Shown: positions 19,705 to 30,180, counted from the whole stretch's first letter. The stretch: 52,954 nt of DNA, filler included, from Stramenopiles sp. TOSAG23-3 (GCA_900128585.1; 4 parts of 4 records of this genome joined end to end with filler, not necessarily neighbours in it), one strand, 5' to 3'. Numbers and translations are program-made. The notes: generated by a model from the sequence alone, not told the origin.

Positions 19705-22700
19705 TTACTGGAACAGATTTTTCCGACGTTTGTCACTTTTCTTCTTCGTTTTCTTCTTCTTTTCTTCCTCTGCTTTCTTTGCAGCATTTGAAACGCGTCC
19801 TTCTGATTTTTTCTTCAATTGATTTTTTAACTTTTTCCCTTTCACGGAAACCAAGTTTAATGATTTTCCATTGTTTTTGCCGCCTTGTCCATCGTCGGCC
19901 CGCGCCAAAAAACTAGGGCGTTCCCGCGGTTTTTTTAATTCATTCTCCTTTATCAATTGGTCCAACAGCGCGTCGTCGTCGTCGGTGACATCGGGTGCTT
20001 TTGGTGCATTCGGGTTTGATTTCGGTTTTGGTGAGGAGGAGTGCTTCGGCTTTGCCTTTTTCTTCTTTTTGCTGTTTTTCTTCTTCTTCTTCGCGCTCGG
20101 GGCGGCAGCGGCGGCTTTGTTCTTTGCGTATTTGGCTGCTGCCGCCTTCCTCGCCTCTTCGAGCGGAGTCAACGCCACCGCAGGGGCTTCTTCTACCTCT
20201 TTCTTCGCCACCACCGGATCTCCCGCGGCCAACGCCTGCAAAGCCTTTGCCGCGGCCTCGTTCGACGCCATTCCCTGCTGAACATTTTCAAGAAACAATT
20301 TCTTAAACAAGGCTTGGTTTGCCGCCATCTCCCGTTTCTTTTCTTCCCCTTCCATCAAAAGACGCGCTTCCTCCTCGGCCTGTGCATTCGCCTCTTGCAG
20401 CTTTTTCGTCAAGTCGTTTACCCGCCGCAGCCGTTCCTCTTCCAGCTCTTCCCTCGTCTTCTTCCGGTCGACCCTAGGCTTTGCCACTGGAGCGGGCCTT
20501 GCTTGGGGCTTCTTTTTCTTCTTCTTCTGGGCCACCGGAGCGTTCGGGGGCTGGTTCCTTAGGGTGTCAAAGCTCTGGGCGCTGCTTTCAGTCAACGTCG
20601 CTGCCGCGGCGGTGTCTATCGCCCGGGCATCTTCTTCGCTCGCTTCCACCTGGTGGTAAAAGTCCCTCACACTCCATATTTCGGCAGCAGAGCCCGCTTC
20701 GCCGGTACTTTGCCCTTCGATGTGCTCCAACAAAACCTGGAGGAACGGATCTGACTTGACCGTTTCAGAATCGCAGATGACCGCCAAGTGCCGTCTGGCC
20801 CGGGTAACCGCAACGTTAATCCGTCGCCGGTCCGACAAAAACCCGACCTGCTTGATCGCATTCGAGCGAACCAAGGACATGATGATGACCTCCTTCTCTC
20901 GTCCTTGAAACCCGTCCACGGACCGCACTTCCACTCGAGGGAACTTTGCGCCGATGACGCTCCGTAGCAACGCCACTTGCCCGTTGTAGGGCGTTACGAT
21001 GGCGATGTCTTCCTCCTTCAGGCCGACGGCCAACAACCGTGTTGCGTACGCAATCGCGACCTTCGCTTCCCCCGGGTTTGCCTTGGAACCGCGCTCCCCA
21101 TCCTGCATTTCGGCCGTATCGTCGCCCCCGGCGGTGTCAATGAGAAGCATGGGCGTTTGCAACACTTTGCGCGCCTCTTCGCTCGCTCCCTCCATCGTCG
21201 CAACGCACTGGGGCAAGTCGCCCAGCGTGTGCGCTGCGACGGAAGCGTGCGAGGAGAGTTTCCCGCCGTACAAGGCATTCGAGGCCCAGGAGCAGATCGC
21301 GTCGTGCATCCTGTACTGAACGTTCAGCATGACCACCGGCACGTCCCGGATTGGCGGTGGCATCTTGCGACCTTTGGACGGCACTCTGCCCATCTGGCCG
21401 CTCACAACGCGATCCATCAAAGTGATCCCGAGCCCCTTGGCCTCCGCCTCTTTGGACATGATCGTCGGCGGCAGCTGGCAATGGTCCCCCGCCAGCACGC
21501 ACCGCTTGCCTTTTAAAATAGGCAGCCAACACTCCGGCTCCAACGCTTGGGCCGCTTCGTCGATGATGACTAAATCGAACGGCTCTTCGCGGCTTCGCAA
21601 GGCCCGGCCCGCCACGCCCACCGTTGTGCCCAGGACAACTTTGCTCTCGTTCACGATGGACTTCATCACGCCGCGCTCGCGGTCCCGCAGCTCTTTCCGC
21701 AACGTTCGAATTTCTTGGCGGATCGCGTACCGGTCGCACTTTTTGACCTTTCGAAGCGTGCCCATGTGCGCCTGGATCTCTTTGCGAATGTCGGCGACGA
21801 GCTCCGTCCCGTCGGCCCGGGCAATGTGCGCCTCCAAGCAGTGCTTGAGCACGTTCGGTGTGATACGGGCTGGGTGCCCAATGCGCACCATTTTCGCAGG
21901 CCGTCGCGTACGCTTAGTGCGGGGGTCGACGACGGGGCGTGCGAGCCGCTCCACCATGTTGTCCACCGCAATGTTCGAGGGTGCGACTGCCAGCACGGAC
22001 AGGCCCCTTTCCACGGCCTGGTGGATTAGTTCGACGACGGTGGTCGTTTTCCCTGTCCCGGGCGGGCCGTGGATGACGCACATGTCGCTCGTCGATAAGG
22101 CGGCTTCGATGGCCGAGACTTGCGATTCGTTCAAACCGGGGTTGAAGGGTTGAAACCGTTGCCCCCCGCCGCGCCGCGATGGCAGCCGGCCGAAGGCAAC
22201 GTCCACGACCCTCTGGGCCGGGCCACCTTGGAAATTCCGCAGGTCCTCCAAGGACTTGCCCAGCCGTTTCCACGTCACTTCGTTCCCCAAACGGTCCAAG
22301 CGCATTGGTTCGAGGTGGAATTCGTCCGGTATTTCCCCCTCGAACGCGGCCTTAATTTTGAACTGCGTCACCCGCGTCACGACGCCTTGGGGAAACTTGG
22401 ACGGGTCCAGGCGTTCCCGGTGCTTCGCGGGCCCCAACGCCACGATGTCCCCGACCGTAATTTTATGGTGGGGCAAAGGGACCGGGTCCTTCACCCCGGC
22501 GCCTGCGTACCACCCCAGGCCGACCACTGCCCGTCCGAACAACCCCGTCGTGACCTTGTCCACGGTCAAGGGTCCGACGCCCTTCAATTTGAACGCGCCG
22601 TTCTCGGCCGCCGCGGCGGCGTTTCCCTCCGTAACCGACTCGCGGAGCGCGGTCTCGGCTTCCTCCACCTCTGCGTCCCGTGCAATTTTCAGCAGCTCCC

Positions 22701-23709
22701 GCGCGTGGTGCACCCACTCTTCCAAGCTCGCGTGCGTGGCGTGGTCCGCCGCTGCGGGCGGCGGAGGGGGGCGCCGTGGGCCACGGTTGATGGTCACGTA
22801 CCGCTCCGTCCCCACCCCAAGGCTGAACGAATTCAGCCCACATTCTTCCGCCAACTCGTGGATGCAGTGCCGCTCGTGCTTGCTCAGCGTTTTCGGGAAG
22901 ACCAGTCGGGCCGGCGCCGACGCCCGTGCGAACCGTTCCAGCTGCCACCGCCGCGCCTCCCGAAACTGCCCCGTCACGTGAACGCGCCGGCGGCTGCCGC
23001 GGAAGCACATCCAGCACGAATTGTCGCACAGAAACTCTCCCTCGTGGAGACTGGGGCGCCTGTTGCCCCGGTCGCAGCACGCGTTCGCCTCGCACTTCCA
23101 CTCCCATTTTACAAACCCTTTCTGCGTCGTCTTGCCCTCCTGCCTGCCGACTTCGTTCTCGATCCTGTCCTCGTCGTCCTCGCCTTCGAGCATGTTGTAG
23201 GAGGTAATGACGCAGGGCGGCCGAGTGGGCATCGACACGATAAAGTCCAACGTCGGGATCCAGTCGTCGTAGCCCCAAACCCCTGCGTTGAACGCGACGA
23301 TGAGGTCAGGGGCGGGGGAGCCCGTGCTGGGGTACGCTTCGTGGTACATTCCCGGCAAATACTGAATCGTCAGCCGCTGCTGCTGCTGTTGTGCACCGCC
23401 GCCATTTTTCCGACCGTCGTCGTGGCCGACGGGGAGGACGGTCTCCGAGCTCCCGGCGCTCAAGTGGATGCCGTTCACTAGCAGGACCACTTCCTCCAAC
23501 GTGTCCGGGCCATGAAGGTACGCTAAAATCTTTACCAGCGGGCGAAACACCTTGTGCGTCTCGTTCGGTGTCGCGCCCTCCCCGATACGGTCGCACCCTA
23601 TGCAATGGAGTACCAATCGTTTGTCGCCTGCGCTGTCGCGTGCGCCGCCGAACCGACCGTCGAGTACGCCCAGTCTAACCAAGGCCTGAAAAATGGTCAA
23701 GGCCCGCAT
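19705..23709 (-). CDS. IGHMBP2: IGHMBP2/SMUBP-2-like SF1 helicase with N-terminal MSS51-like domain and R3H domain
   Basis: IHGPPGTGKTTT, APSNIAVDNM, RIGHPAR, IIDEAAQALE, LAGDHCQLPP, QYRMH, SVDGFQGREKE, RRINVAVTRARR; R3H (LSKHERHCIHELAE); PDLIVAFNAGVWGYDDWIPTL. First in-frame ATG is 23709; the track start 23802 is TTG. Confidence 0.88.
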   Translation of the reverse strand: MRALTIFQALVRLGVLDGRFGGARDSAGDKRLVLHCIGCDRIGEGATPNETHKVFRPLVKILAYLHGPDTLEEVVLLVNGIHLSAGSSETVLPVGHDDGRKNGGGAQQQQQRLTIQYLPGMYHEAYPSTGSPAPDLIVAFNAGVWGYDDWIPTLDFIVSMPTRPPCVITSYNMLEGEDDEDRIENEVGRQEGKTTQKGFVKWEWKCEANACCDRGNRRPSLHEGEFLCDNSCWMCFRGSRRRVHVTGQFREARRWQLERFARASAPARLVFPKTLSKHERHCIHELAEECGLNSFSLGVGTERYVTINRGPRRPPPPPAAADHATHASLEEWVHHARELLKIARDAEVEEAETALRESVTEGNAAAAAENGAFKLKGVGPLTVDKVTTGLFGRAVVGLGWYAGAGVKDPVPLPHHKITVGDIVALGPAKHRERLDPSKFPQGVVTRVTQFKIKAAFEGEIPDEFHLEPMRLDRLGNEVTWKRLGKSLEDLRNFQGGPAQRVVDVAFGRLPSRRGGGQRFQPFNPGLNESQVSAIEAALSTSDMCVIHGPPGTGKTTTVVELIHQAVERGLSVLAVAPSNIAVDNMVERLARPVVDPRTKRTRRPAKMVRIGHPARITPNVLKHCLEAHIARADGTELVADIRKEIQAHMGTLRKVKKCDRYAIRQEIRTLRKELRDRERGVMKSIVNESKVVLGTTVGVAGRALRSREEPFDLVIIDEAAQALEPECWLPILKGKRCVLAGDHCQLPPTIMSKEAEAKGLGITLMDRVVSGQMGRVPSKGRKMPPPIRDVPVVMLNVQYRMHDAICSWASNALYGGKLSSHASVAAHTLGDLPQCVATMEGASEEARKVLQTPMLLIDTAGGDDTAEMQDGERGSKANPGEAKVAIAYATRLLAVGLKEEDIAIVTPYNGQVALLRSVIGAKFPRVEVRSVDGFQGREKEVIIMSLVRSNAIKQVGFLSDRRRINVAVTRARRHLAVICDSETVKSDPFLQVLLEHIEGQSTGEAGSAAEIWSVRDFYHQVEASEEDARAIDTAAAATLTESSAQSFDTLRNQPPNAPVAQKKKKKKPQARPAPVAKPRVDRKKTREELEEERLRRVNDLTKKLQEANAQAEEEARLLMEGEEKKREMAANQALFKKLFLENVQQGMASNEAAAKALQALAAGDPVVAKKEVEEAPAVALTPLEEARKAAAAKYAKNKAAAAAPSAKKKKKNSKKKKKAKPKHSSSPKPKSNPNAPKAPDVTDDDDALLDQLIKENELKKPRERPSFLARADDGQGGKNNGKSLNLVSVKGKKLKNQLKKKSEGRVSNAAKKAEEEKKKKTKKKSDKRRKNLFQ

Positions 23710-24306
23710 CCTCCTCTTCCTCCCCAAGAACAACAGGCGAAGTGAATAAAGACACAAGAACGCTTTCAAATAGAGCGGTACGAAAAGAATGCGTACATGC
23801 AAAACCCTGCGTGGGAAAGTGAACCGTACAACAGGATGAAATACTTTTTCCTTTCCTGTTTTTCTTTCATCTCAACAGAAGCACGTCGTCGTTGGTCGTT
23901 TCATTTTTTCTATCATCATCTAGTACATCAGAGAGGATCATCATGCATATAATATAATAATAATTAAAATTAAAAAATTTTATATTAATTTTTATATAAT
24001 TAATAAGAGACCGCCGCCGCCCGGGGCGTGGCACGAGCTTTCACAAATACAACCCGAGAACATTTATATTTACAACACTTGTGCCCCAAACGGTAAACGT
24101 TCGTACCATCTCCACAAGAAATTATTTATTAGTTTTTTAAGCGACTTTTTAGTAAATGAAATTGCTGCACACTGAAGCAAACAAAGTACGAACGGTATTG
24201 AAGTACTTCGATCAATCACTTCTTGTTCATAATAATAATAATTGCTTACCTCCTCCTCCTCTACCGCTCTTTTCGTTTCTTCTTCTTTCGATCATCATCA
24301 TCGATG

Positions 24307-24406
24307 NNNNNNNNNNNNNNNNNNNNNNNNNNNNNNNNNNNNNNNNNNNNTTAATTAATTAANNNNNNNNNNNNNNNNNNNNNNNNNNNNNNNNNNNNNN
24401 NNNNNN
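24307..24406. other. Artificial contig spacer (44N + TTAATTAATTAA + 44N)
   Basis: 100-bp spacer with a six-frame stop linker, identical to those at 48704 and 50831. Confidence 0.95.
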
Positions 24407-24512
24407 AAAGACAACAAAGACCACAAGACTAAGCAGGAAGCCCTTCATACTTTTCACTTTTCGTTCAATATAAAAGAATGGAGTTAGTTGATCTATATAT
24501 CAAGATATAAAT

Positions 24513-24776
24513 GTTTCGATTCGTTTTCGTTTTCGTTTTCGTTTCGTTTCGTCTTGTTTCGTTTTCGTTTTCGTTTCGTCTCGTCTCGTTTCGTTTCGTT
24601 TCGTCTTGTTTTGTTTTGTTTCGTCTTGTTTTGTTTCGTCCTGTTTCGTTTCGTCCTGTTTCGTTTCGTCCTGTTTCGTTTCGTCCTGTTTCGTTTCGTC
24701 CTGTTTCGTTTCGTTTTTGTGTCGTTTCGTTTTCCTTTCTTTCCTTTGTTTCCTTTCTTTCCTTTCTTTCCTTTCT
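24513..24776. repeat. (GTTTC)n-derived minisatellite including about 5 copies of a 15-bp unit GTCCTGTTTCGTTTC
   Basis: Direct tandem repeats; translate as RNETG repeats on the minus strand. Confidence 0.88.
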
Positions 24777-25760
24777 TAAAAGCAATAAACCGTTCTCTCT
24801 CTCTCTCTCTCTCTATAACTTTGATTAAATCGTTTCATCACATTTCTCTCATTATAGCTTTTCTTCTTCTCTCTTTTTTTTTGAAGAAGAATGAATCATC
24901 AATAAAACTTATAATACAATATTAAACACATTTATAATATAATACTATCAATGCACATTAAGATCATTCTATGTCGTTAACATATAAATAAAGAATCTAA
25001 CGAATTTATGATTTAAAATAATAAAAACATTTTTTAAAAAGTTATTATTATTTGAATATAAGTACAAATGAAATAGGTAGAGAGTATACGTATGTTTTTT
25101 ATTAGTTATAATACCGTTAGTTTTTGTATAATATTTGAATTAAGTATAAATTTAATAGGTAAAAAGTATACGAATGGTTTTTTTAAAATTTAAAATTAAA
25201 TTTAAATTATTTGGCTTTTTTTTGATCTTTCCTTTCTCACCCCTTTTCTTTTATTCCAGTATTTGAGGAGGTACAATTTTTAAAAGAAAGAACAAGAAGA
25301 CGTTTTATTACACACAGCTTTCTTATCGGGTGTCCCACTCGTAACTCGTAAATGAAGCAGTCCTTGTGTGATTTGCCAAGCAGCGTAGGTTCCGTTCCGG
25401 ATGAGGTTGAACGTTTTAAAAGTTGTTCTTTAAAATCTTTTTCAAATATAGCCAATTTTTCTTGTTTTTTATGAGATCAGGTTTTTCCCATTGTGTAAGA
25501 CATTAGATGTTTGGGTGTTTGTGATAAATACAATCTCCCATTAGGGGGGTATAATCACATATTCATATCATGTCAATAATATTAAGAGAATAAATTTAAA
25601 AATGAAAAAGAATTCTGATCTTAGTAGAGTTCAGTTCGCAGTACGTTAATTACTCTAAAAATAACACAGCCATAATTTTGTTTTTATTAAAGAATTGCTC
25701 TCTTTTTCTATGTAGTTTCAAAAAATAATAAGAGAGTAAGATTTACCACGCTGCAAAAGG

Positions 25761-26732
25761 TTACACCGCAGACCCAAACCTAGCCTTTTTGCTCGCGCCA
25801 CCGGCGACATCCTTGCGCAGTCGTTTTCGCTCGTCCGACGAGCCCGCCATGTTGTGACTCTGTGGTTTAAAAGGAGCGCTGCGCGCTTCGTCCTGGGGTG
25901 CCCTTCGCATCGCCTTGCAGTAAGTGCAAAGGCAGTTTTCCCCAAAGCCTGACCGCAAGGTCCGTCGGACCCCCGTCCAATAATTTATGGTGACCTCTTC
26001 TCCTGCTTCAATGTCTCGCTTCGCAAAGAATGCCATTCGGGGCCGCTGGTTGTTGACCAGCACCTTTACCGGCGCAAGGTTGGACCGTTTGCACTGGTGG
26101 TTTACAAATGCCCCCACGTTTCGGTACTTCGTGGCATCGATTACAAAGTTGTTGTTGAGCTCCCACGTGTAAAATTCCGCCCCTGCCCGCTGCTGTTCGC
26201 GCACGACGTTCTCCGCCTGGGAAATTACTTCCCCGACGTACTCCGTGACAAACGTGCCTTTTGGGATACGCGCCAAGGACCGCACACCAAAGCCTCGCCC
26301 ATCGTTCATTGGGACGATTTCCAGGGGGACCTGGCAACCGTTCTGCAGTTGCCGCCGCCCGCAATTGTAAGACCCCGAGGACGCTGGGTTCCTACGGCAA
26401 TGGACGAGCGCGTGGCAGGGGCACATGTAGTTGCACTCCACCTGGGCACCAGATTGGTTACGGTGCTGCTCATGCTCTTTTGCGGTTTTGTCAGAAACAA
26501 CCAAGGGCTCGCACGATTTTGAGAAGTGGCAGAAACCTCGGCTCAAGTCGCACCTGCAGCCTTTCATTCTTTTGTACTCAGTGTAGCAGCCTTCGGATTC
26601 AACGTTTTTGTGAACAAAAACGATGGTTTCGTCCATGGTCTTCCACTCAATTTTCGCTAGTTCCATCCCCTTGGAAAAGTCGTCGGCCCCACCCAATGCT
26701 CTAGTGGCCCTTGCTTGGACTGCTGCCAGCAT
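25761..26732 (-). CDS. SET-domain lysine methyltransferase with Cys-rich pre-SET (SUV39/SETMAR/SET2-like)
   Basis: Pre-SET CRCD...ECNYMCPC...CGRRQLQNG; GRGFGVRSLARIPKGTFVTEYVGEVI; IDATKYRNVGAFVNHQC; FFAKRDIEAGEEVTINY; post-SET CLCTYC. First in-frame ATG 26732; the true 5' end is uncertain. Confidence 0.88.
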   Translation of the reverse strand: MLAAVQARATRALGGADDFSKGMELAKIEWKTMDETIVFVHKNVESEGCYTEYKRMKGCRCDLSRGFCHFSKSCEPLVVSDKTAKEHEQHRNQSGAQVECNYMCPCHALVHCRRNPASSGSYNCGRRQLQNGCQVPLEIVPMNDGRGFGVRSLARIPKGTFVTEYVGEVISQAENVVREQQRAGAEFYTWELNNNFVIDATKYRNVGAFVNHQCKRSNLAPVKVLVNNQRPRMAFFAKRDIEAGEEVTINYWTGVRRTLRSGFGENCLCTYCKAMRRAPQDEARSAPFKPQSHNMAGSSDERKRLRKDVAGGASKKARFGSAV

Positions 26733-26794
26733 GCTCGCGTCCGAGACGGGGCCGCCCCTCGTATACAAGCTGGGTGCGGTACAGTTTAATAATC

Positions 26795-27068
26795 ATGTCG
26801 GCGAGCTCTACTTTGTCCTTGGTCTGCATCGCGCTGGCCTTGCAAACGGTCACCTTTGCGGCAGGGGTTACTTATAACTTTTCTGAGCTTGGCNNNNNNN
26901 NNNNNNNNNNNNNACAAATCGCTTTCTAATTTGGCATCAGGAGACGTCCTTCTTTTCCCTAACACTACGTTTTACATGATGGGAGGCGTGAACCCATCAG
27001 TATTCGGTGTTATTTGTCCTCTCTTCCACATTCCACAAAATGTAAAACTGGTTCAACAAAATAATTAA
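26795..27068 (+). pseudogene. Truncated N-terminal fragment of a secreted pectin-lyase-fold (GH28-like) gene spanning a 20-N gap
   Basis: MSASSTLSLVCIALALQTVTFAAGVTYNFSELG [gap 26894-26913] KSLSNLASGDVLLFPNTTFYMMGGV, then a stop at 27066-27068. Resembles the start of protist GH28-like proteins as I recall them. Confidence 0.45.
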
Positions 27069-27094
27069 TGGAATATAATGTAAAATACTAGAGA

Positions 27095-29098
27095 TTAAAT
27101 CTCTCGGGATGAACACGGCACACTGGGAGCGGTTTCCGCAACGCGAAGGCTTTCTGCCTTTTTTCCCTCGAACAGGTTAAAGTAGTGATGGTCGACTTCT
27201 ACATTCACCCGTTCCATGTCTACTGCATCCAACGCTTGCTGCCATTGGGCACTCATGGACTCCCGCCTGCCGCAAAACTCTAGCACCTCCTCCGCGGAAC
27301 CCATATCTTGCCATTGCTGCAGGGACTCCGACATGGCACTGTTTTCAGAGACCCGTCCAGTATATTTTTGGGACGTTTCCACATTGCGCGAGCGCCGAGC
27401 TTTTGCGATCGTGCTGGATATGTCTTGGCCAAGTTCCTCTTCAAAGCTTTTGGCGCCGTTCTTCTGCGCCTGACTCAAGCCATCGCTGAAGTTTAAGACG
27501 GTCGCCCGCCCAGATACATCGCCCACAACAGCAAACTTTCCATCGGGTCGAATTGACATGGACGCTATGGAGGAGGACGACACGCGCTTCTCGTAAACAG
27601 GGGACAAGTGCATTGTTTCGTAGTCCCAAGCTTTTATGTCCCCCATTGTATCTGTAGAGAAAAACATGCCTGCTTTCGTAGGGCTCCATTTCGCAACCGT
27701 TGTTTGGTGGGTTTGAAAGCTTGTGCTGCGGACGGGCAGCGCAAGTTTCTTTCCCCAGACTTTGGAACACCAATCCCCCGCCGTCAAAAATACATCGGGC
27801 AAAAACTTGTTTCTTTCTATTGAGAGCACGGAGGATATATGGCCTATGTACATCCCAGTGATGGACCGGTTACCAGATTCCTTGCTTGCCGACCAATCGT
27901 TCTTTCCATCGCCACCACCACCGTTGCATTTAAACACGAGACCCATTTCGGTCCCGCACAAAATCTCCTGGCTTTCTTTGATTCGGGGATCAACGGCCAA
28001 GCATGTTCCGGGTAGTGTGTTACCACTATACCGTTTTATCGTGTTATAATCTTCTGCGCTGATGACTTTGGATACCATCTGGCTCAAACTGTCGGCAGAC
28101 ATTCCCTGCCGAGCACCCCCTCCAGGGACCCCTCCCTTTGCCCCCCGAGGCCGATTTAAAGCGATCGGGGGGCACCTGAGTGCTATCTTGGTCGTCGGGT
28201 AATTCAGACGCCGTGTGTCCCAAAAGCAGAGACAGCCATCCGTAGACACAGAAACGGCCTCAAAACCGGTGCTTTTGTTTAACCATTCTATTTGCCGGAC
28301 TGGTTCGTGGTGGCTGCTATCTATTGAGGACGTGGAAATTGGGTGAGATCCCTTCCTCGTATCAAACAGGGACAGCACCCCGTTGCGAGAACCGCACAAA
28401 ATTTGCTGCCCGTTGCTTTGAAAGGCAATGGCTCGCACGGGTGATTGGGGGACCAGCTCCGACTCAGGCTCTATGGGGTGGTTTATGTTCCACACATACC
28501 CCTGAATACTCTCTCCGCTGCTCAATGAAAAAAAATCTTGCTTGCTATAACCGCATGCAATACGAGCCTCGTCGGTAGGAGACCATGACAGACAAACTGC
28601 CGGTCTCCGGGCAACGGAAGGATCGTTGAAAGTGGTCGATTCCTGAACATACATACCGTCCCCGTGGGATTCAGAGGACGAGATGTCGTCCCCAAAATAC
28701 CTCTCGTAAACATCCACTGCAAGGTTCTGGTTTACGCAGTAGTCCAATTTCTCCGCCGCTGCTTCCACCGCAGGTAGAATGTTGTCGTCTCGCAACATTC
28801 GGCCCCGGAGTCTGTTGATTAATTCTACAGAGGCCTCGGGGTCAACTTCGCGGGGCCAGCCACCCTCGCTGTGGGTCATCCCGCGTGACACTGACTGTTT
28901 TGTCCTTGTTCCAACAATTGTTACAGATAGAGAAGACGTCGTGTCTACTTCCAAGACACCGGTCTTTTGATAAATGTGCCCGCTGTCGTACTGCAGCGAG
29001 GAACGGATTTCTCCTACCACTTCGGGCAAAGTAGACTGAAACTCAACGTGCCTTCCACAGTCCCTTCGAGTCGCACTAAACGCCTGTTCCAACTCCAT
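27095..29098 (-). CDS. Axonemal dynein intermediate chain, DNAI2/IC2-like WD40 protein (divergent)
   Basis: SRGMTHSEGGWPREVDP, QNLAVDVYERYF, SHHEPVRQIEWLNKSTGFEAVSVSTDG, ERNKFLPDVFLTAGDW, WSPTKAGMFF match IC2 family motifs. Confidence 0.85.
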   Translation of the reverse strand: MELEQAFSATRRDCGRHVEFQSTLPEVVGEIRSSLQYDSGHIYQKTGVLEVDTTSSLSVTIVGTRTKQSVSRGMTHSEGGWPREVDPEASVELINRLRGRMLRDDNILPAVEAAAEKLDYCVNQNLAVDVYERYFGDDISSSESHGDGMYVQESTTFNDPSVARRPAVCLSWSPTDEARIACGYSKQDFFSLSSGESIQGYVWNINHPIEPESELVPQSPVRAIAFQSNGQQILCGSRNGVLSLFDTRKGSHPISTSSIDSSHHEPVRQIEWLNKSTGFEAVSVSTDGCLCFWDTRRLNYPTTKIALRCPPIALNRPRGAKGGVPGGGARQGMSADSLSQMVSKVISAEDYNTIKRYSGNTLPGTCLAVDPRIKESQEILCGTEMGLVFKCNGGGGDGKNDWSASKESGNRSITGMYIGHISSVLSIERNKFLPDVFLTAGDWCSKVWGKKLALPVRSTSFQTHQTTVAKWSPTKAGMFFSTDTMGDIKAWDYETMHLSPVYEKRVSSSSIASMSIRPDGKFAVVGDVSGRATVLNFSDGLSQAQKNGAKSFEEELGQDISSTIAKARRSRNVETSQKYTGRVSENSAMSESLQQWQDMGSAEEVLEFCGRRESMSAQWQQALDAVDMERVNVEVDHHYFNLFEGKKAESLRVAETAPSVPCSSREI

Positions 29099-30180
29099 CG
29101 TGCATGGATTATAGTATACACAGCGCGGGGAATAACAACCAGACGTGCAGGTTAGCGCTCAGTGCAATCCAGATGACTGTACACACTAGAAATACATAAA
29201 GCATTTCTGTCGAGAGTACTTCTCAGTTTGCACACATTGTCCTATGTTTGTATTTTGAATAATCTCTTATTGCGCGCACTTTTTTGTTGATTGCAGGTGG
29301 TGGCGGTGGCGAGGCGGGCGGTCGTCGTCTTCTTCCTCTCCTCCTGGTTGTATTGTGAGAGATGATGTTGTGGGTATTAATTTTCTCTCATTGTCCCTTA
29401 TTACTATATTGTTGTATATAACAATCCAAATCCGTAAAAATGAGTCCTCGTAGTAACAGTTTCTTGTTTTTTCAAGGGTTTTTTTGTAACAAAATGAAAA
29501 TGTACTTGTAATTTGTATTTACATAGTTTATTATATTCCTATTAAATATTTGTTCTGATTATTAAAAATACGAAGAAGAAGAAGAAGAAGAAAGAAGAAG
29601 AAACAAAAAAAAATTAAAAAAAAGGAATTTAAAAATATAATAATACGTAACAAAACAAAACAAAATGAAATTGTTGATGACTTCCTTCCTTCCTATTAAT
29701 ACCTGTATTTAATACCGTATTATACCGGTATTATAATAAATAATGAAGAATGACCACTCAATTTTTTTTTTTTTTGATTGTTCATCGTCGTTCTTTCTTC
29801 TTCGTTGCTCGCATGCCTCCATTTTTTGTTGTCTGATGCTGTGATAGTGTTCTCTCCTCTTATAATAATAATAAAAAATACAAGGTGGTAGTCAAGAAGA
29901 AGAAGTTTAGTACACTGTAGTATTGTCATCGTAGTGTAGTTTGTATAACAATAAATATTTAATTTTATTATTATTTTCTACTATAATAATAATAGTAATA
30001 AAATTAGATAAAAAAAATATATAATTAAAAAACAATTGTACGTATAGTACTCAATTGAAAAGAAAGAAATACGGAAAGCGAAAGTTAAACGGAGAATGTG
30101 CATGTCGAGGGACGTTTTTAACGTTCTGAAACGTGGTGTTGGTCTGTAGAAGAGTTAATCCCGTTCTCAATTGCTCGTAA

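Noticed and set aside
24351..24362. TTAATTAATTAA between N runs as a biological site or TSD
   Set aside because: Identical 44N flanks three times indicate an assembly linker.
24465..24925. RNETG-repeat ORF or CRISPR-like array
   Set aside because: Head-to-tail GTTTC-derived minisatellite without unique spacers; no cas genes; eukaryotic context.
25237..25550. Short minus-strand ORF and a TQWEKP WW-like remnant
   Set aside because: Interrupted by stops, wrong motif spacing and AT-rich; not supportable.
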